From positions 1 through 47,073 of IMG/VR virus record IMGVR_UViG_3300034420_000032: DNA of 47,073 nucleotides. One strand, 5' to 3'. This DNA comes from a virus (lineage: Duplodnaviria; Caudoviricetes). The notes under the pieces were generated by a model. The model did not search any database and was not told the DNA's origin. It saw only the letters and a program-made list of their open reading frames with translations. A program made the position numbers and the translations under genes. Positions 1 through 8,732 of this stretch are shown here, in pieces. Each line of letters begins with the position of its first letter. The stretch's first letter is position 1.

Positions 1-418
<418 letters not shown>

Positions 419-437
419 GACCTCCTTCCTGTAACTA

Positions 438-466
438 AATTTAACGGAATGTCTAGGAAAACGCAA
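438..466 (-). promoter_or_regulatory. sigma70-like promoter for the leftward operon
   Basis: TTGCGT-17bp-TAAATT upstream of a strong RBS and ATG 418. Confidence 0.7.
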
Positions 467-518
467 CTTTTTTCTGTAGATTCATCAAAGGACGATCAAT
501 CTAACCGTCGGGGGACTT

Positions 519-2744
519 TTGCTGGAATCTGTACCAGACGAGCTGAAGCGCCTCCCGCAATGGTGCTGCGCAGGAGCCGACAAGATTCCGAGGGATCCCA
601 AGAACCTGCGGTACGCTGAAGTCGACAACCCTGCGACATGGGGTACATTTGAGCAGTGCATTGCCACCGGAGCCCCGTATCTAGGACTTGTCCTCTCGGA
701 GAACGACCCCTACGTTTGCCTGGATCTGGACAACAAACTCCCCGACCCGGCACACCCGAAGCGCACTCCGGCAACCGAGGAAGAACTGGCAATCTTCCAG
801 CGGTTGATCTCCATGATGAACAGCTACACCGAGATCTCGATGTCGGGTCGCGGTTACCACATCTTCGTCAAGGCACGCCTCGACCAGAGCCGTCAACGGG
901 GGCATGTCGAGCTGTACGGCTCCCGGCGCTTCATCGTCATCACCGGCAACAAGATCGCAGGGAACGGCATCGAAGACCGGCAAGCTCTGATCGACATGGT
1001 TGCTGCGGAAATGCGCACCCCAACATCCGGTACAGAACTTGACGAGACGATCGAAGAAGAGTTGACCGATGCGGAGCTGTTCGACATGGCGATCAATGCC
1101 GCGAACGGCGACAAGTTCAACCGTCTCATGAACGGCCAGATCGAAGGGTACTCCTCGGACGGCACGCAATCGGAAGCCGACTTCGCGCTCCTCTCGATCC
1201 TTTGCTTCTACTCGAAGTGCAACGAACAGGTCCGCCGCCTGTTCCGCCTGTCAGATCTCGGCAAGAGGGAAAAGGCGACAAGGAACGACAAGTACCTGAA
1301 CACGGCAATCAAAAAGATCCGTTCCCAGGAACCTCCGCCCGTCCAGATCATGTTCGACATCGCGACGGTGGCCAGCAAACCAAAGCCCCCTACGCCTCCC
1401 CCAATCCCCGACATGCCGAAGCCGAGCGTCGAGTTCCCGAGGGCTCCGGGGTTCCTCGGGCAGCTCACCGACCAGATGTTGACGCTGTCGGCGCGACCCG
1501 TCTACGAGATTTCTCTGATCGCGGCGATCGGGCTCATGGCGGGGATCTGCGGTCGAGCCTTCAACGTCTCTCGATGTGGACTCAACCAATACCTTGTCCT
1601 GTTCGGCAAGACCGGCGTAGGCAAGGACGCCATCGCGGACAACATCGATTGCGTGATGGCGCAGCTCGCAGAAGTCGCTCCTGGCGTGACGCAGTTTGTC
1701 GGTCCCGGTGCGTTCGCTTCCGGTCAAGGGCTTGTCAGGGCGTTCGACAATCGCAAGTCGTTCGTGTCGGTGCTGGGTGAGATCGGAAAGACGTTCCAGG
1801 ACTGGAGCAACCCGAATATCGCCGGATCGAACATGATCCGCAAGACCTTGCTTCACATGTACGGTCGATCCGGCAAGGGTAAGATCCTGTCGAAAACCGT
1901 CTACTCGGACTCGGACAAGAACACTGCGAGCGTCGATTCCCCGGCATTCAGCTTCATCGGCGAGACTGCACCTGACCCGTTCTTCGAGGCGTTGAACGAA
2001 AGCCACATCGCTGAAGGGCTTCTCCCCCGGTTCCTGTGCATCAACTACGACGGTGGTCGGATGCCGCTGAACAAGAACCCTGCGACGAGGATTGATGAGG
2101 GGATTCTTCGCCACCTCCAGGCTGTCGCGGGGTTTGCGATGAGCCTGGACGGAAGAGACGAAGTCCAGAACGTCACCTACACGGCGGAAGCCGAGCTGAT
2201 CGTTGACGCCTTCGGTGTCGCTTGCGACAAGAAGATCAACGACGCATCGAACGGGAATGCCAGCGTCGAGATCTGGAACCGAGCCCACATGAAGGTGCTC
2301 AGGCTCGCTGCTCTCGCGGCAGCTTGCGACAATCCTTGTCAACCACAAATCACCAAAGAACATGCCGACTGGGCAATCAACATCGTAACGAGGGATAGCA
2401 ACATGATGAGCGAAAGATTCGAGAACGGAGACTTCGGTGGCGGAGACGCAAAACAACTGAACGACGTTCGGCGCAGTTTCGATGCGTTCGATTCGATCGA
2501 GCGGGAGAAGCTCCAGCACGCCTACTCGGTGCCGAGGGAGATCATGGACATGGGCTTGGTGCCCTACGTCTACCTCCAGCGCAGGACGGCCAGCCTGTCG
2601 GCGTTCCGCAAGGACAAACGGGGCAGCACCGGGGCGTTGCTAGGAGCCTTGCAAACCCTTGTGGCCACAGGGGAGATCGTGGAGGTTCCCCAGTCTCAGT
2701 ACGCCAGCTTCGGCTACTCCGGGAAGTGCTACAAAAAGAAGTGA
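519..2744 (+). CDS. Primase-polymerase/helicase (NrS-1-like AEP domain, helix-bundle domain, P-loop C-terminus)
   Basis: 741 aa; CLDLD, SYTEISMSGRGYHIF, VELY..RFIVITG, SEADFALL..L, Walker A GKTGVGKD; TTG start. Confidence 0.88.
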   Translation: MLESVPDELKRLPQWCCAGADKIPRDPKNLRYAEVDNPATWGTFEQCIATGAPYLGLVLSENDPYVCLDLDNKLPDPAHPKRTPATEEELAIFQRLISMMNSYTEISMSGRGYHIFVKARLDQSRQRGHVELYGSRRFIVITGNKIAGNGIEDRQALIDMVAAEMRTPTSGTELDETIEEELTDAELFDMAINAANGDKFNRLMNGQIEGYSSDGTQSEADFALLSILCFYSKCNEQVRRLFRLSDLGKREKATRNDKYLNTAIKKIRSQEPPPVQIMFDIATVASKPKPPTPPPIPDMPKPSVEFPRAPGFLGQLTDQMLTLSARPVYEISLIAAIGLMAGICGRAFNVSRCGLNQYLVLFGKTGVGKDAIADNIDCVMAQLAEVAPGVTQFVGPGAFASGQGLVRAFDNRKSFVSVLGEIGKTFQDWSNPNIAGSNMIRKTLLHMYGRSGKGKILSKTVYSDSDKNTASVDSPAFSFIGETAPDPFFEALNESHIAEGLLPRFLCINYDGGRMPLNKNPATRIDEGILRHLQAVAGFAMSLDGRDEVQNVTYTAEAELIVDAFGVACDKKINDASNGNASVEIWNRAHMKVLRLAALAAACDNPCQPQITKEHADWAINIVTRDSNMMSERFENGDFGGGDAKQLNDVRRSFDAFDSIEREKLQHAYSVPREIMDMGLVPYVYLQRRTASLSAFRKDKRGSTGALLGALQTLVATGEIVEVPQSQYASFGYSGKCYKKK

Positions 2745-2753
2745 ATTTTCTTG

Positions 2754-2787
2754 TTGCGCGATTGATCGCGATACGTTAAATTTAACG
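2754..2787 (+). promoter_or_regulatory. sigma70-like promoter overlapped by palindrome CGTTAAATTTAACG
   Basis: TTGCGC(2754)-17bp-TAAATT(2777); GGAGG then ATG 2800. Confidence 0.7.
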
Positions 2788-2799
2788 GAGGGGGTGAGT

Positions 2800-3210
2800 A
2801 TGGGATTACAATTCAGAACCGCAAAGATCGAAGTCGAGGACGCTCTCGCTCAAGCCGCGATGCAGATCGAGGTTCTTGAGAACAAGGTCCTTGACTTGCA
2901 AATCAAGAACTCGCACCTGCAAGTCGATCTCGCGCTCGAACAGCTCAAATGCATGTTCAGGACACCCGCCCTCGATCTCGTCGCTGCCGAGAACGCCAAG
3001 CTGAAGCTGGAAGTCGCGGCGCTCAAGAAGGAGATCGAGGATCGCAACGCCGCGCGTTCCAAGGTCAACTGGAAGGATATCTTCCACGTCCTCAGACACC
3101 GCCCGAAGCCGGAGCATTTCGCGCAGGCGATCTTCGACTTTGGAAATCTCCAGTACAAAAAGGGCGCTAAGGACGGATGGATCCGAGGAAGTCAAGGGCG
3201 TCGTCCATGA
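2800..3210 (+). CDS. Hypothetical coiled-coil protein
   Basis: ATG with GGAGG RBS; heptad Leu/Glu/Lys pattern. Confidence 0.7.
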   Translation: MGLQFRTAKIEVEDALAQAAMQIEVLENKVLDLQIKNSHLQVDLALEQLKCMFRTPALDLVAAENAKLKLEVAALKKEIEDRNAARSKVNWKDIFHVLRHRPKPEHFAQAIFDFGNLQYKKGAKDGWIRGSQGRRP

Positions 3211-3326
3211 TCGCCACGGCATTCTTCATCGCAGTCGCACTTCTCGCCGCAGCGTCCGCCTTCGCGGCATACGCCGACGGCTACACCGAACAACTCCACG
3301 AAACCGAAAAGGAAGACTTCAAGTGA
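3207..3326 (+). CDS. Small membrane or signal-peptide protein (39 aa)
   Basis: MIATAFFIAVALLAAASAFAAYADGYTEQLHETEKEDFK; 4-bp overlaps with both neighbours. Confidence 0.6.
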   Translation: MIATAFFIAVALLAAASAFAAYADGYTEQLHETEKEDFK

Positions 3327-3508
3327 GCATCACGCACACCGTTTCCAGCCAGAGCAAGATCACGCTCGACAAGGATTCCCTCGAACAGGCCGTCCTCGAA
3401 ACCGTGCGTCGAGCCGGAATCATTCTGCCGAAGGACGCGAAGATCTATATTTCGTCCTCCGGTGCCGAGATCATCTACACCACCAAGTCCGAACCAGTCA
3501 CCCTGTAA
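3323..3508 (+). CDS. Hypothetical protein
   Basis: GTGA overlap with the upstream gene; AAGGAAG upstream. Confidence 0.6.
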   Translation: MSITHTVSSQSKITLDKDSLEQAVLETVRRAGIILPKDAKIYISSSGAEIIYTTKSEPVTL

Positions 3509-3519
3509 GGAGACAGAAA

Positions 3520-3729
3520 ATGGCCACTCTCTGCGTCACCCTCACCGACGACGAACTGCGCGAAGCGATCGCCGACAAGATCCGTGCGAAGACCGGCAAC
3601 GCCACGTTGCAGATCGACTCCACCGATCTCGCGATGACCGTCGCGGTCGGCGTCGACTCCGAAACAGTCACGGACCAGACCGTCTTCGCTGCGGGTCTGG
3701 CTCGCGTCACCTATACCGGGACCGTGTGA
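3520..3729 (+). CDS. Hypothetical protein
   Basis: AAGGAG RBS; tight operon packing. Confidence 0.7.
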   Translation: MATLCVTLTDDELREAIADKIRAKTGNATLQIDSTDLAMTVAVGVDSETVTDQTVFAAGLARVTYTGTV

Positions 3730-4289
3730 TGAGCGCCCGACTCACAAACGAGCTGCGTGATCGCATCGTCGCCCGACTCGTCAAGAATGCCACCGAAAAA
3801 ACGATGCTGGAGTTGGAGGAACGCGAAGGAACGCTCGCGAAGCTCTGCTACGACACCATCATTCCGGAGAAGGACCGGAAGATCATCGAAAAGCATCCGC
3901 ATCTGTTCTCGACGATGTCGCATGTCAACGTCTACGTCGGGGATTTGAAAAGGACACTGCGTTTTCCGAAGTCGGTTCACATCCCGAAGCCTATTGCAGA
4001 GAAGTTCGGCTTTTTCCGGATCGAAGGCGACTCCCCGATCTACAAAGAACTGTACGACTTCGTCGCGGACTATCGCGAAGCCGACGTCAAGCTGCGTACG
4101 CTCGAAGCCACCGCCACCGCGACGTTGTCGAAGTTCTCGACCTTGAAGAAGGCTCGCGAAGCGTGGCCCGATCTCATGACCGTTGCGAAGGATCTTCTCG
4201 AAGAACCCGATACGACGACAACAGCTGTCGCGTTCCCCCTGGAAGACCTGAACGCGAAGTTCGGACTTCCCGTGGAGGAAAAGGCATGA
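3729..4289 (+). CDS. Nmad5-like (nucleotide-modification-associated domain 5) protein
   Basis: RLTNELRDRI at the N-terminus and TLKKAREAWPDL at the C-terminus match the family pattern as recalled. Confidence 0.65.
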   Translation: MSARLTNELRDRIVARLVKNATEKTMLELEEREGTLAKLCYDTIIPEKDRKIIEKHPHLFSTMSHVNVYVGDLKRTLRFPKSVHIPKPIAEKFGFFRIEGDSPIYKELYDFVADYREADVKLRTLEATATATLSKFSTLKKAREAWPDLMTVAKDLLEEPDTTTTAVAFPLEDLNAKFGLPVEEKA

Positions 4290-4465
4290 GCGGTCCTGTC
4301 GCCATCCGATTCACCGACGGCAGGATCCGTCAGTTCCGCGACGAAGCCCATCTGGCCTGGGAGTTCGAGAAGCTCGAAAAGCGGGTGATCGAACTCGAAT
4401 GTGCGGCATCCACCGACCGACTTGCGGCGATCCTCGCCGGAGTCAAACCCGTTCAAGGAGTCTGA
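4286..4465 (+). CDS. Hypothetical protein
   Basis: ATGA overlap; GGAGG RBS. Confidence 0.6.
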   Translation: MSGPVAIRFTDGRIRQFRDEAHLAWEFEKLEKRVIELECAASTDRLAAILAGVKPVQGV

Positions 4466-4466
4466 A

Positions 4467-4901
4467 GTGGGAGATCACAAGAAGCCATGTCAATTCCGGA
4501 TCCGCAAGTCCGTGCTGCTCAGGCTCGAACGGTACTGCTACTTCGCAGAGGTCAGCCAGGGTCAGCTCGTCCCGCAGATCATCGAGGCGTTCCTTGACGA
4601 GAAGGCGAGCGTGGGCGGCGTCAAGCTGGTCGAGACGACCGACGATGCCCCCGAGGTCACCGAGCCGCAGGAAACCCCTCCTGTGGCCAAAGAACCGGCA
4701 CCTCCAGGCTTGATGGTGGCCGACGACTCGCCGGAGCCGACGAAGCTTCCGGACCAGCTCCCGTTCATTCCTGTGGAAACCAGTTTCATGTCCCAGCTCG
4801 ACGCCGAAGCTGCCAGGGCGCAGATCGCACAGCCGACCACAACCAAACTCGGCTTCGTCTTCAACGCGCTCGATGTCGATCCCGGAAAGCTGGCTGGGTG
4901 A
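4467..4901 (+). CDS. Ribbon-helix-helix-like DNA-binding protein with acidic Pro-rich tail
   Basis: GTG with AAGGAG RBS; KKPCQFRIRKSVLLRLERYC...SQGQLVPQIIEAFLD fits a strand-helix-helix pattern. Confidence 0.55.
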   Translation: MGDHKKPCQFRIRKSVLLRLERYCYFAEVSQGQLVPQIIEAFLDEKASVGGVKLVETTDDAPEVTEPQETPPVAKEPAPPGLMVADDSPEPTKLPDQLPFIPVETSFMSQLDAEAARAQIAQPTTTKLGFVFNALDVDPGKLAG

Positions 4902-5119
4902 TGGCCGACCAGAACCGAATCGAAATCGACGGGGAAGTCCACATCTTCGTGGCATCGGCGATCGTCAGGGGCTGTCGCTTGTGCAGCTTGGAGCTGGGCT
5001 CAGGAAGGGGATTCCATTGTCACGTAGCCCCCTGCTCTTCGCGGGAACGCGAAGACGGAGCCGACGGATACTTCATCCTCGATCCCGAACACGACGGCGT
5101 GAAGGCGGTGGCGATGTGA
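4901..5119 (+). CDS. Hypothetical Cys-containing protein
   Basis: Coupled to the upstream stop; CxxC and C..R.DG..GYF. Confidence 0.6.
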   Translation: MADQNRIEIDGEVHIFVASAIVRGCRLCSLELGSGRGFHCHVAPCSSREREDGADGYFILDPEHDGVKAVAM

Positions 5120-5136
5120 AAGATTTCTGCTGAATC

Positions 5137-5508
5137 ATGACATATTCCGTCTACATCGGAAGGGAAAAGAAGAATGGCCCGATCACCTACGTAGGCATCA
5201 CGATGCAGCGTCCGAAGCGTCGTTTCGACTGGCACAAGTGCAACGGGAAGGACTTGCACTTCGAGGTTGTTTCCGAGCATCCGACCCACCACGAAGCCGC
5301 TGTCGAGGAGTGCCGTCTGATCGATCTGCACCATCCGAAGTTGAACAAGCGTGGGACGCTCCTTCCGGTATCGCACCTCACGCCTGCGGAACTGGAAGCT
5401 CGCAAGGTGAATCCTAAGTGGTGCAAGATGTGCCTCCGTCGGCGGGTGAACCCTGGTCACCACATCTGCCGATTCTGCGAAACCGAAGAAAGGAAAAACA
5501 GCAAGTGA
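5137..5508 (+). CDS. GIY-YIG-like nuclease with C-terminal Zn finger
   Basis: SVY...YVGIT...RF..H, conserved E and LN; CKMC...CRFC. Confidence 0.65.
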   Translation: MTYSVYIGREKKNGPITYVGITMQRPKRRFDWHKCNGKDLHFEVVSEHPTHHEAAVEECRLIDLHHPKLNKRGTLLPVSHLTPAELEARKVNPKWCKMCLRRRVNPGHHICRFCETEERKNSK

Positions 5509-5753
5509 AACACGCAGTCCTCTCTCGAATGGAACGCTTCTTTCACTGGATCGGCAACACGAACGGTCGCGACTACGGCCTGCGGCTCATCGCGGAGGTG
5601 AAGCGCCTGGAGCGCGAGAACGAGGCACTCAAGCACCGCCTTGCTGCTGTGGCCACAGAGGTGCAGCACGCCCAGGAGCGGATCAAAGCCGGAGTCTTCC
5701 CGATCCACTGGGACAACATCACCGAGTTGACGAAGGTTCAAGATATTTCTTGA
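5505..5753 (+). CDS. Hypothetical protein
   Basis: GTGA overlap; LIAEVKRLERE coiled coil. Confidence 0.6.
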   Translation: MKHAVLSRMERFFHWIGNTNGRDYGLRLIAEVKRLERENEALKHRLAAVATEVQHAQERIKAGVFPIHWDNITELTKVQDIS

Positions 5754-5778
5754 CTTCTGTTAAATTTAACAGTAACTT
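5750..5778 (+). promoter_or_regulatory. sigma70-like promoter with a 16-bp palindrome in the spacer
   Basis: TTGACT-17bp-TAACTT; CTGTTAAATTTAACAG at 5757-5772. Confidence 0.7.
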
Positions 5779-5784
5779 GTCTTA

Positions 5785-5894
5785 GACGGCAAGTAGAGCG
5801 AAGGCCGAACCGATCCAGGTGGCTTCGCAGGAGGATCGTGTCATGAAGTTCTAATCCGAGGAGGCTCCCTTTCACCAGGGAGCCTTTCCTTTTT
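5785..5894 (+). ncRNA. Candidate structured leader or small RNA containing minigene ATG AAG TTC TAA
   Basis: Bounded by a promoter and a terminator; stem 5798-5806/5821-5828; AGGAGG at 5829; minigene at 5843-5854. Confidence 0.45.
5862..5894 (+). terminator. Intrinsic terminator
   Basis: AGGCTCCCT/AGGGAGCCT stem followed by TTCCTTTTT. Confidence 0.7.
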
Positions 5895-5910
5895 ATAGGA
5901 GGACTGAACG

Positions 5911-6372
5911 ATGGCAACACTTGAAGGACAAGCTGTTCTGAATAGCTTTCTCGTCGGCGGAACCTGCGATGAGTGCAAGCATCACGAAACGCAGATGTGC
6001 CCGAAGCGGTTGCAGTTCACGGGGCATCCTTGCAGACGGCGGGGTCTTGCCGGATGTTGGGTGGAAGGCCGCAAAGACCCTCTTGTGGAAATCGAATACC
6101 GATCAAAGTTCCCTTCCAAGGAAGCCGAGATCGAATACACCCTTGGCGCGATCACTCCTGGTGAATGGCGGTTGGTCTGTTCCGATCCGCAAGACGACCC
6201 TGTCATCGAAACCGATGGCGAAAGGGAAGTTCTCGGTGTATCCGAATGGCTTCGCTGCGAAAAGCCCGACATTCAATTCCTCGGAAATGCCAAGGGCTAC
6301 GTCGAATATCTCCTGGCCGAAAACAAGAAACTGCGGGAACAGCTCTCGCCGAAGGTGACGGAACATGACTGA
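5911..6372 (+). CDS. Hypothetical protein (Cys-rich N-terminus; possibly Ead/Ea22-like C-terminus)
   Basis: AGGAGG RBS; ITPGEW...DIQFLGNA...LLAE pattern. Confidence 0.7.
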   Translation: MATLEGQAVLNSFLVGGTCDECKHHETQMCPKRLQFTGHPCRRRGLAGCWVEGRKDPLVEIEYRSKFPSKEAEIEYTLGAITPGEWRLVCSDPQDDPVIETDGEREVLGVSEWLRCEKPDIQFLGNAKGYVEYLLAENKKLREQLSPKVTEHD

Positions 6373-6691
6373 CACGACGAAGATCTACCTTGTCAAAGGC
6401 GAACACGGCGAGCACAGCGATCACACGGAATGGATCGTGAAGGCTTTCACGTCGAAAGCGAGCGCGGAAGCGTTGATCGCAGAAATCGAAAAGCGTGTCG
6501 CTGCGATCCCGCAACGTCCTCTGTACATGCTCAACGAACCTCACAACGAACGAATGATTCGATGGGAGAAGTGGCAGGCTGAATCGGAGCCGTTCAAAAG
6601 AGCGGTAAGAGAACTCGATCCGGAATGCGATCCATACTCCGACAACTCCTGGTTTGTTGTCGAAACCGAACTGTTGACGAACGATGTGTGA
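6365..6691 (+). CDS. Hypothetical phage protein
   Basis: KIYLVKGEHGEHSD...WIVKAFTSKASAE; overlaps both neighbours. Confidence 0.75.
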   Translation: MTDTTKIYLVKGEHGEHSDHTEWIVKAFTSKASAEALIAEIEKRVAAIPQRPLYMLNEPHNERMIRWEKWQAESEPFKRAVRELDPECDPYSDNSWFVVETELLTNDV

Positions 6692-6812
6692 ACGAAAAGT
6701 CTGGTACGAAGGACTCCTGAGAAAGCGCGGCGGTCTTCTCCCGAAGGAAGTCGTTCTCGGTTGCTACCCGGAGTCCGCAAAAGAAGTCTTCAAACCAATC
6801 AAGGAACAGAAA

Positions 6813-7298
6813 ATGGCAACTCTCGAAGAACTCGAAGCCCAGGCGAAGGAACTCACGGAGACGATCGCGAAGCTGAAGGCCGAAGCTGCGATCCCGGCCA
6901 ACTGGCCGAAGAAGATCGAACAGGGAATGATCTTCAAGTCCAAGCATTGCGGGAATGTGTGGATGGCCGTCGCCGGAAAGGAATACGCGATGTCCGGAGA
7001 TGTGAGGTTGAGGTTCGTGTTGCTTCAGTCTTCGACATCGATGGGTGTCGGGCGGATGACCCTTCCCGAGTTCCGACCGAACCACAAAGAGCACGCCTAC
7101 GTCGGTCGAGCGGGTGACCTTCTGAAGATCAAGAACACGGAGTACACGACTTTGAGCGGTGAGCCTGGAAGAATTGTCATCGAAGAACTCGGCGAGCGCG
7201 ACTTCAGCATTGAAGTCGAACGACCGTTCCACGGTGTAGGAAAGGCCTTCGCTTACGCGAACGCGATCAACAACGCGCTCGTCAAGGTTCGCTACTGA
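6813..7298 (+). CDS. Hypothetical protein (alternative in-frame start at 6684)
   Basis: AAGGA RBS before MATLEEL. Confidence 0.7.
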   Translation: MATLEELEAQAKELTETIAKLKAEAAIPANWPKKIEQGMIFKSKHCGNVWMAVAGKEYAMSGDVRLRFVLLQSSTSMGVGRMTLPEFRPNHKEHAYVGRAGDLLKIKNTEYTTLSGEPGRIVIEELGERDFSIEVERPFHGVGKAFAYANAINNALVKVRY

Positions 7299-7304
7299 TA
7301 CCAC

Positions 7305-7399
7305 CCCGAGGGCGTTCACTCCTTTCGCTCTCGGGATAGCTCGCCGCCTGTCGGGTGCAAGAGAGATCGGGTGGAAAGGGAACGGATGGCGGCTTGAGC
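7305..7399 (+). ncRNA. Candidate structured RNA (two stems with possible loop-loop pairing)
   Basis: CCCGAGGGCG/CGCTCTCGGG and GCTCGCCGCC/GGCGGCTTGAGC in an intergenic gap. Confidence 0.4.
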
Positions 7400-7401
7400 G
7401 C

Positions 7402-7440
7402 AACCCTGTCGGGGATTTCTCCCGGCAGGGTTTTTCTTTT
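7402..7440 (+). terminator. Intrinsic terminator
   Basis: AACCCTGTCGGGG/TCCCGGCAGGGTT followed by a T-tract. Confidence 0.85.
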
Positions 7441-7467
7441 GGTTTTCGGGAGATCCGAGCGTATCTT
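7439..7467 (+). promoter_or_regulatory. Putative promoter
   Basis: TTGGTT-17bp-TATCTT, with GCG preceding the -10. Confidence 0.45.
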
Positions 7468-7519
7468 AGTTCTACGGCCCTCTAACTGGGCTTTTTAGCC
7501 AGGAACTTAATACAGAAAG

Positions 7520-8728
7520 ATGCTAACTATGCCAAACGAACCGGAAAAGATCTGGGTCAAGAAGGAGAAGACCCAAACGTCGTTCTACCTCACCCAGGGT
7601 CTTGTCGATCTCCTGGAGGAATACTGCGGCCTGAACGGCACGACGAAGTCGGCGTTTGCCGAACACTCCCTGGCGAAGGTGCTGGCCGAGGAGTTCCCGA
7701 AATTCCACATGGAGCACGGGAGCCTCTTGATCTCGCAGGAAGAAGCCGAGTGGGGCTGGGTCTACAAGAACCGGCAGACGCCCCCGGACGACCTGGAGAA
7801 GGGGCTATATCCGTGCGTGACCTGTGGCAAACCCGCGACGATGTTGCGGCACTGGGTCGAGAAGGGCGGGACGATTGCCGGGAAGAAGGTCCACGCCAGG
7901 ACCGGAGCCTGCCTTTGCGCAAGCTGCGCGGTCGACTTCGTTCGCACCTCACCGGAGATCGACGGCAAGACCCGTCACTGGCTGGAGTTCGGCGATGTCT
8001 ACTACTACGCCCCTGCCGCACGGATGGACATCTACCAGAAGATCCGTTCGTTGAAGGGCAACCGCTCGCCGGAAAGCCTGAGCCCGTTCCACGTCTACCA
8101 GGGCTGGACGTTCGAGCAGAAGCGGCGTGGTCCGACATGCGTATCCTACAAGGTCGCCGCTGCCAAGAACCCGAACGGCAAGTGCAAGGTGTGTGGCAAC
8201 CTGTTTCCACATGAAACCCACCTCCAGTTCAAGCGTGTGGCCGAAGACGAAGCGACCGGCCTCATGATCATCAAGGGCTACTGCGGGGACTGCCTCGTCG
8301 CCGAAGGGCGGAAGATCCTGGCCGTCTACCCCGGCAGGTACCGCAAGAAGGAGTTCAAGGACTTGGTCTACGACACCGGCAAGGCGTTCGCCGCTGCGGC
8401 GCTGGATGCGGCCCCAAAGGTCGAGTCTCCCATGTGGCCAACAACCCCGGCACCCCAGGCCGAAACAGCGCCGGTCCAGACCTCGATCTGGCCGACGGAC
8501 GACCCCGAGACGGCCCAGTGGTCGGCTCCGGTGCAGACGACCCCACAGAGCCCCGTAGCGTGGTCCCTGGAGGACAAGCTGGTTCTGGAGTGCGTCCTGG
8601 AGAAGGACAAGAAGGGGGCACCCTGGGAAACCTACACGCCGGAGGAACAGGCGATGTCGAAGCGCATCAACGAGATGACGGACGACCAGCGGGAAGAACT
8701 CATCAACAGCTTGTACGGGGAGGAATAA
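7520..8728 (+). CDS. RHH-like and multi-CxxC putative DNA-binding protein
   Basis: KTQTSFYLTQGLVDLLEEYC...TKSAFAEHSL; CVTC, CASC, CKVC, CGDC; Pro/Thr linker. Confidence 0.75.
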   Translation: MLTMPNEPEKIWVKKEKTQTSFYLTQGLVDLLEEYCGLNGTTKSAFAEHSLAKVLAEEFPKFHMEHGSLLISQEEAEWGWVYKNRQTPPDDLEKGLYPCVTCGKPATMLRHWVEKGGTIAGKKVHARTGACLCASCAVDFVRTSPEIDGKTRHWLEFGDVYYYAPAARMDIYQKIRSLKGNRSPESLSPFHVYQGWTFEQKRRGPTCVSYKVAAAKNPNGKCKVCGNLFPHETHLQFKRVAEDEATGLMIIKGYCGDCLVAEGRKILAVYPGRYRKKEFKDLVYDTGKAFAAAALDAAPKVESPMWPTTPAPQAETAPVQTSIWPTDDPETAQWSAPVQTTPQSPVAWSLEDKLVLECVLEKDKKGAPWETYTPEEQAMSKRINEMTDDQREELINSLYGEE

Positions 8729-8732
8729 CCAC

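Noticed and set aside
1251-2519. Long antisense or alternate-frame ORFs (also 37673-38947, 38389-39426, 43131-44387, 18056-19021)
   Set aside because: They shadow high-GC3 genes with clear motifs and have no RBS or motifs of their own.
3510-6830. Three genes starting with MATL and two similar AAGGA..CAGAAAATGGC leaders
   Set aside because: Similarity is too short; consistent with shared translation-initiation preference.
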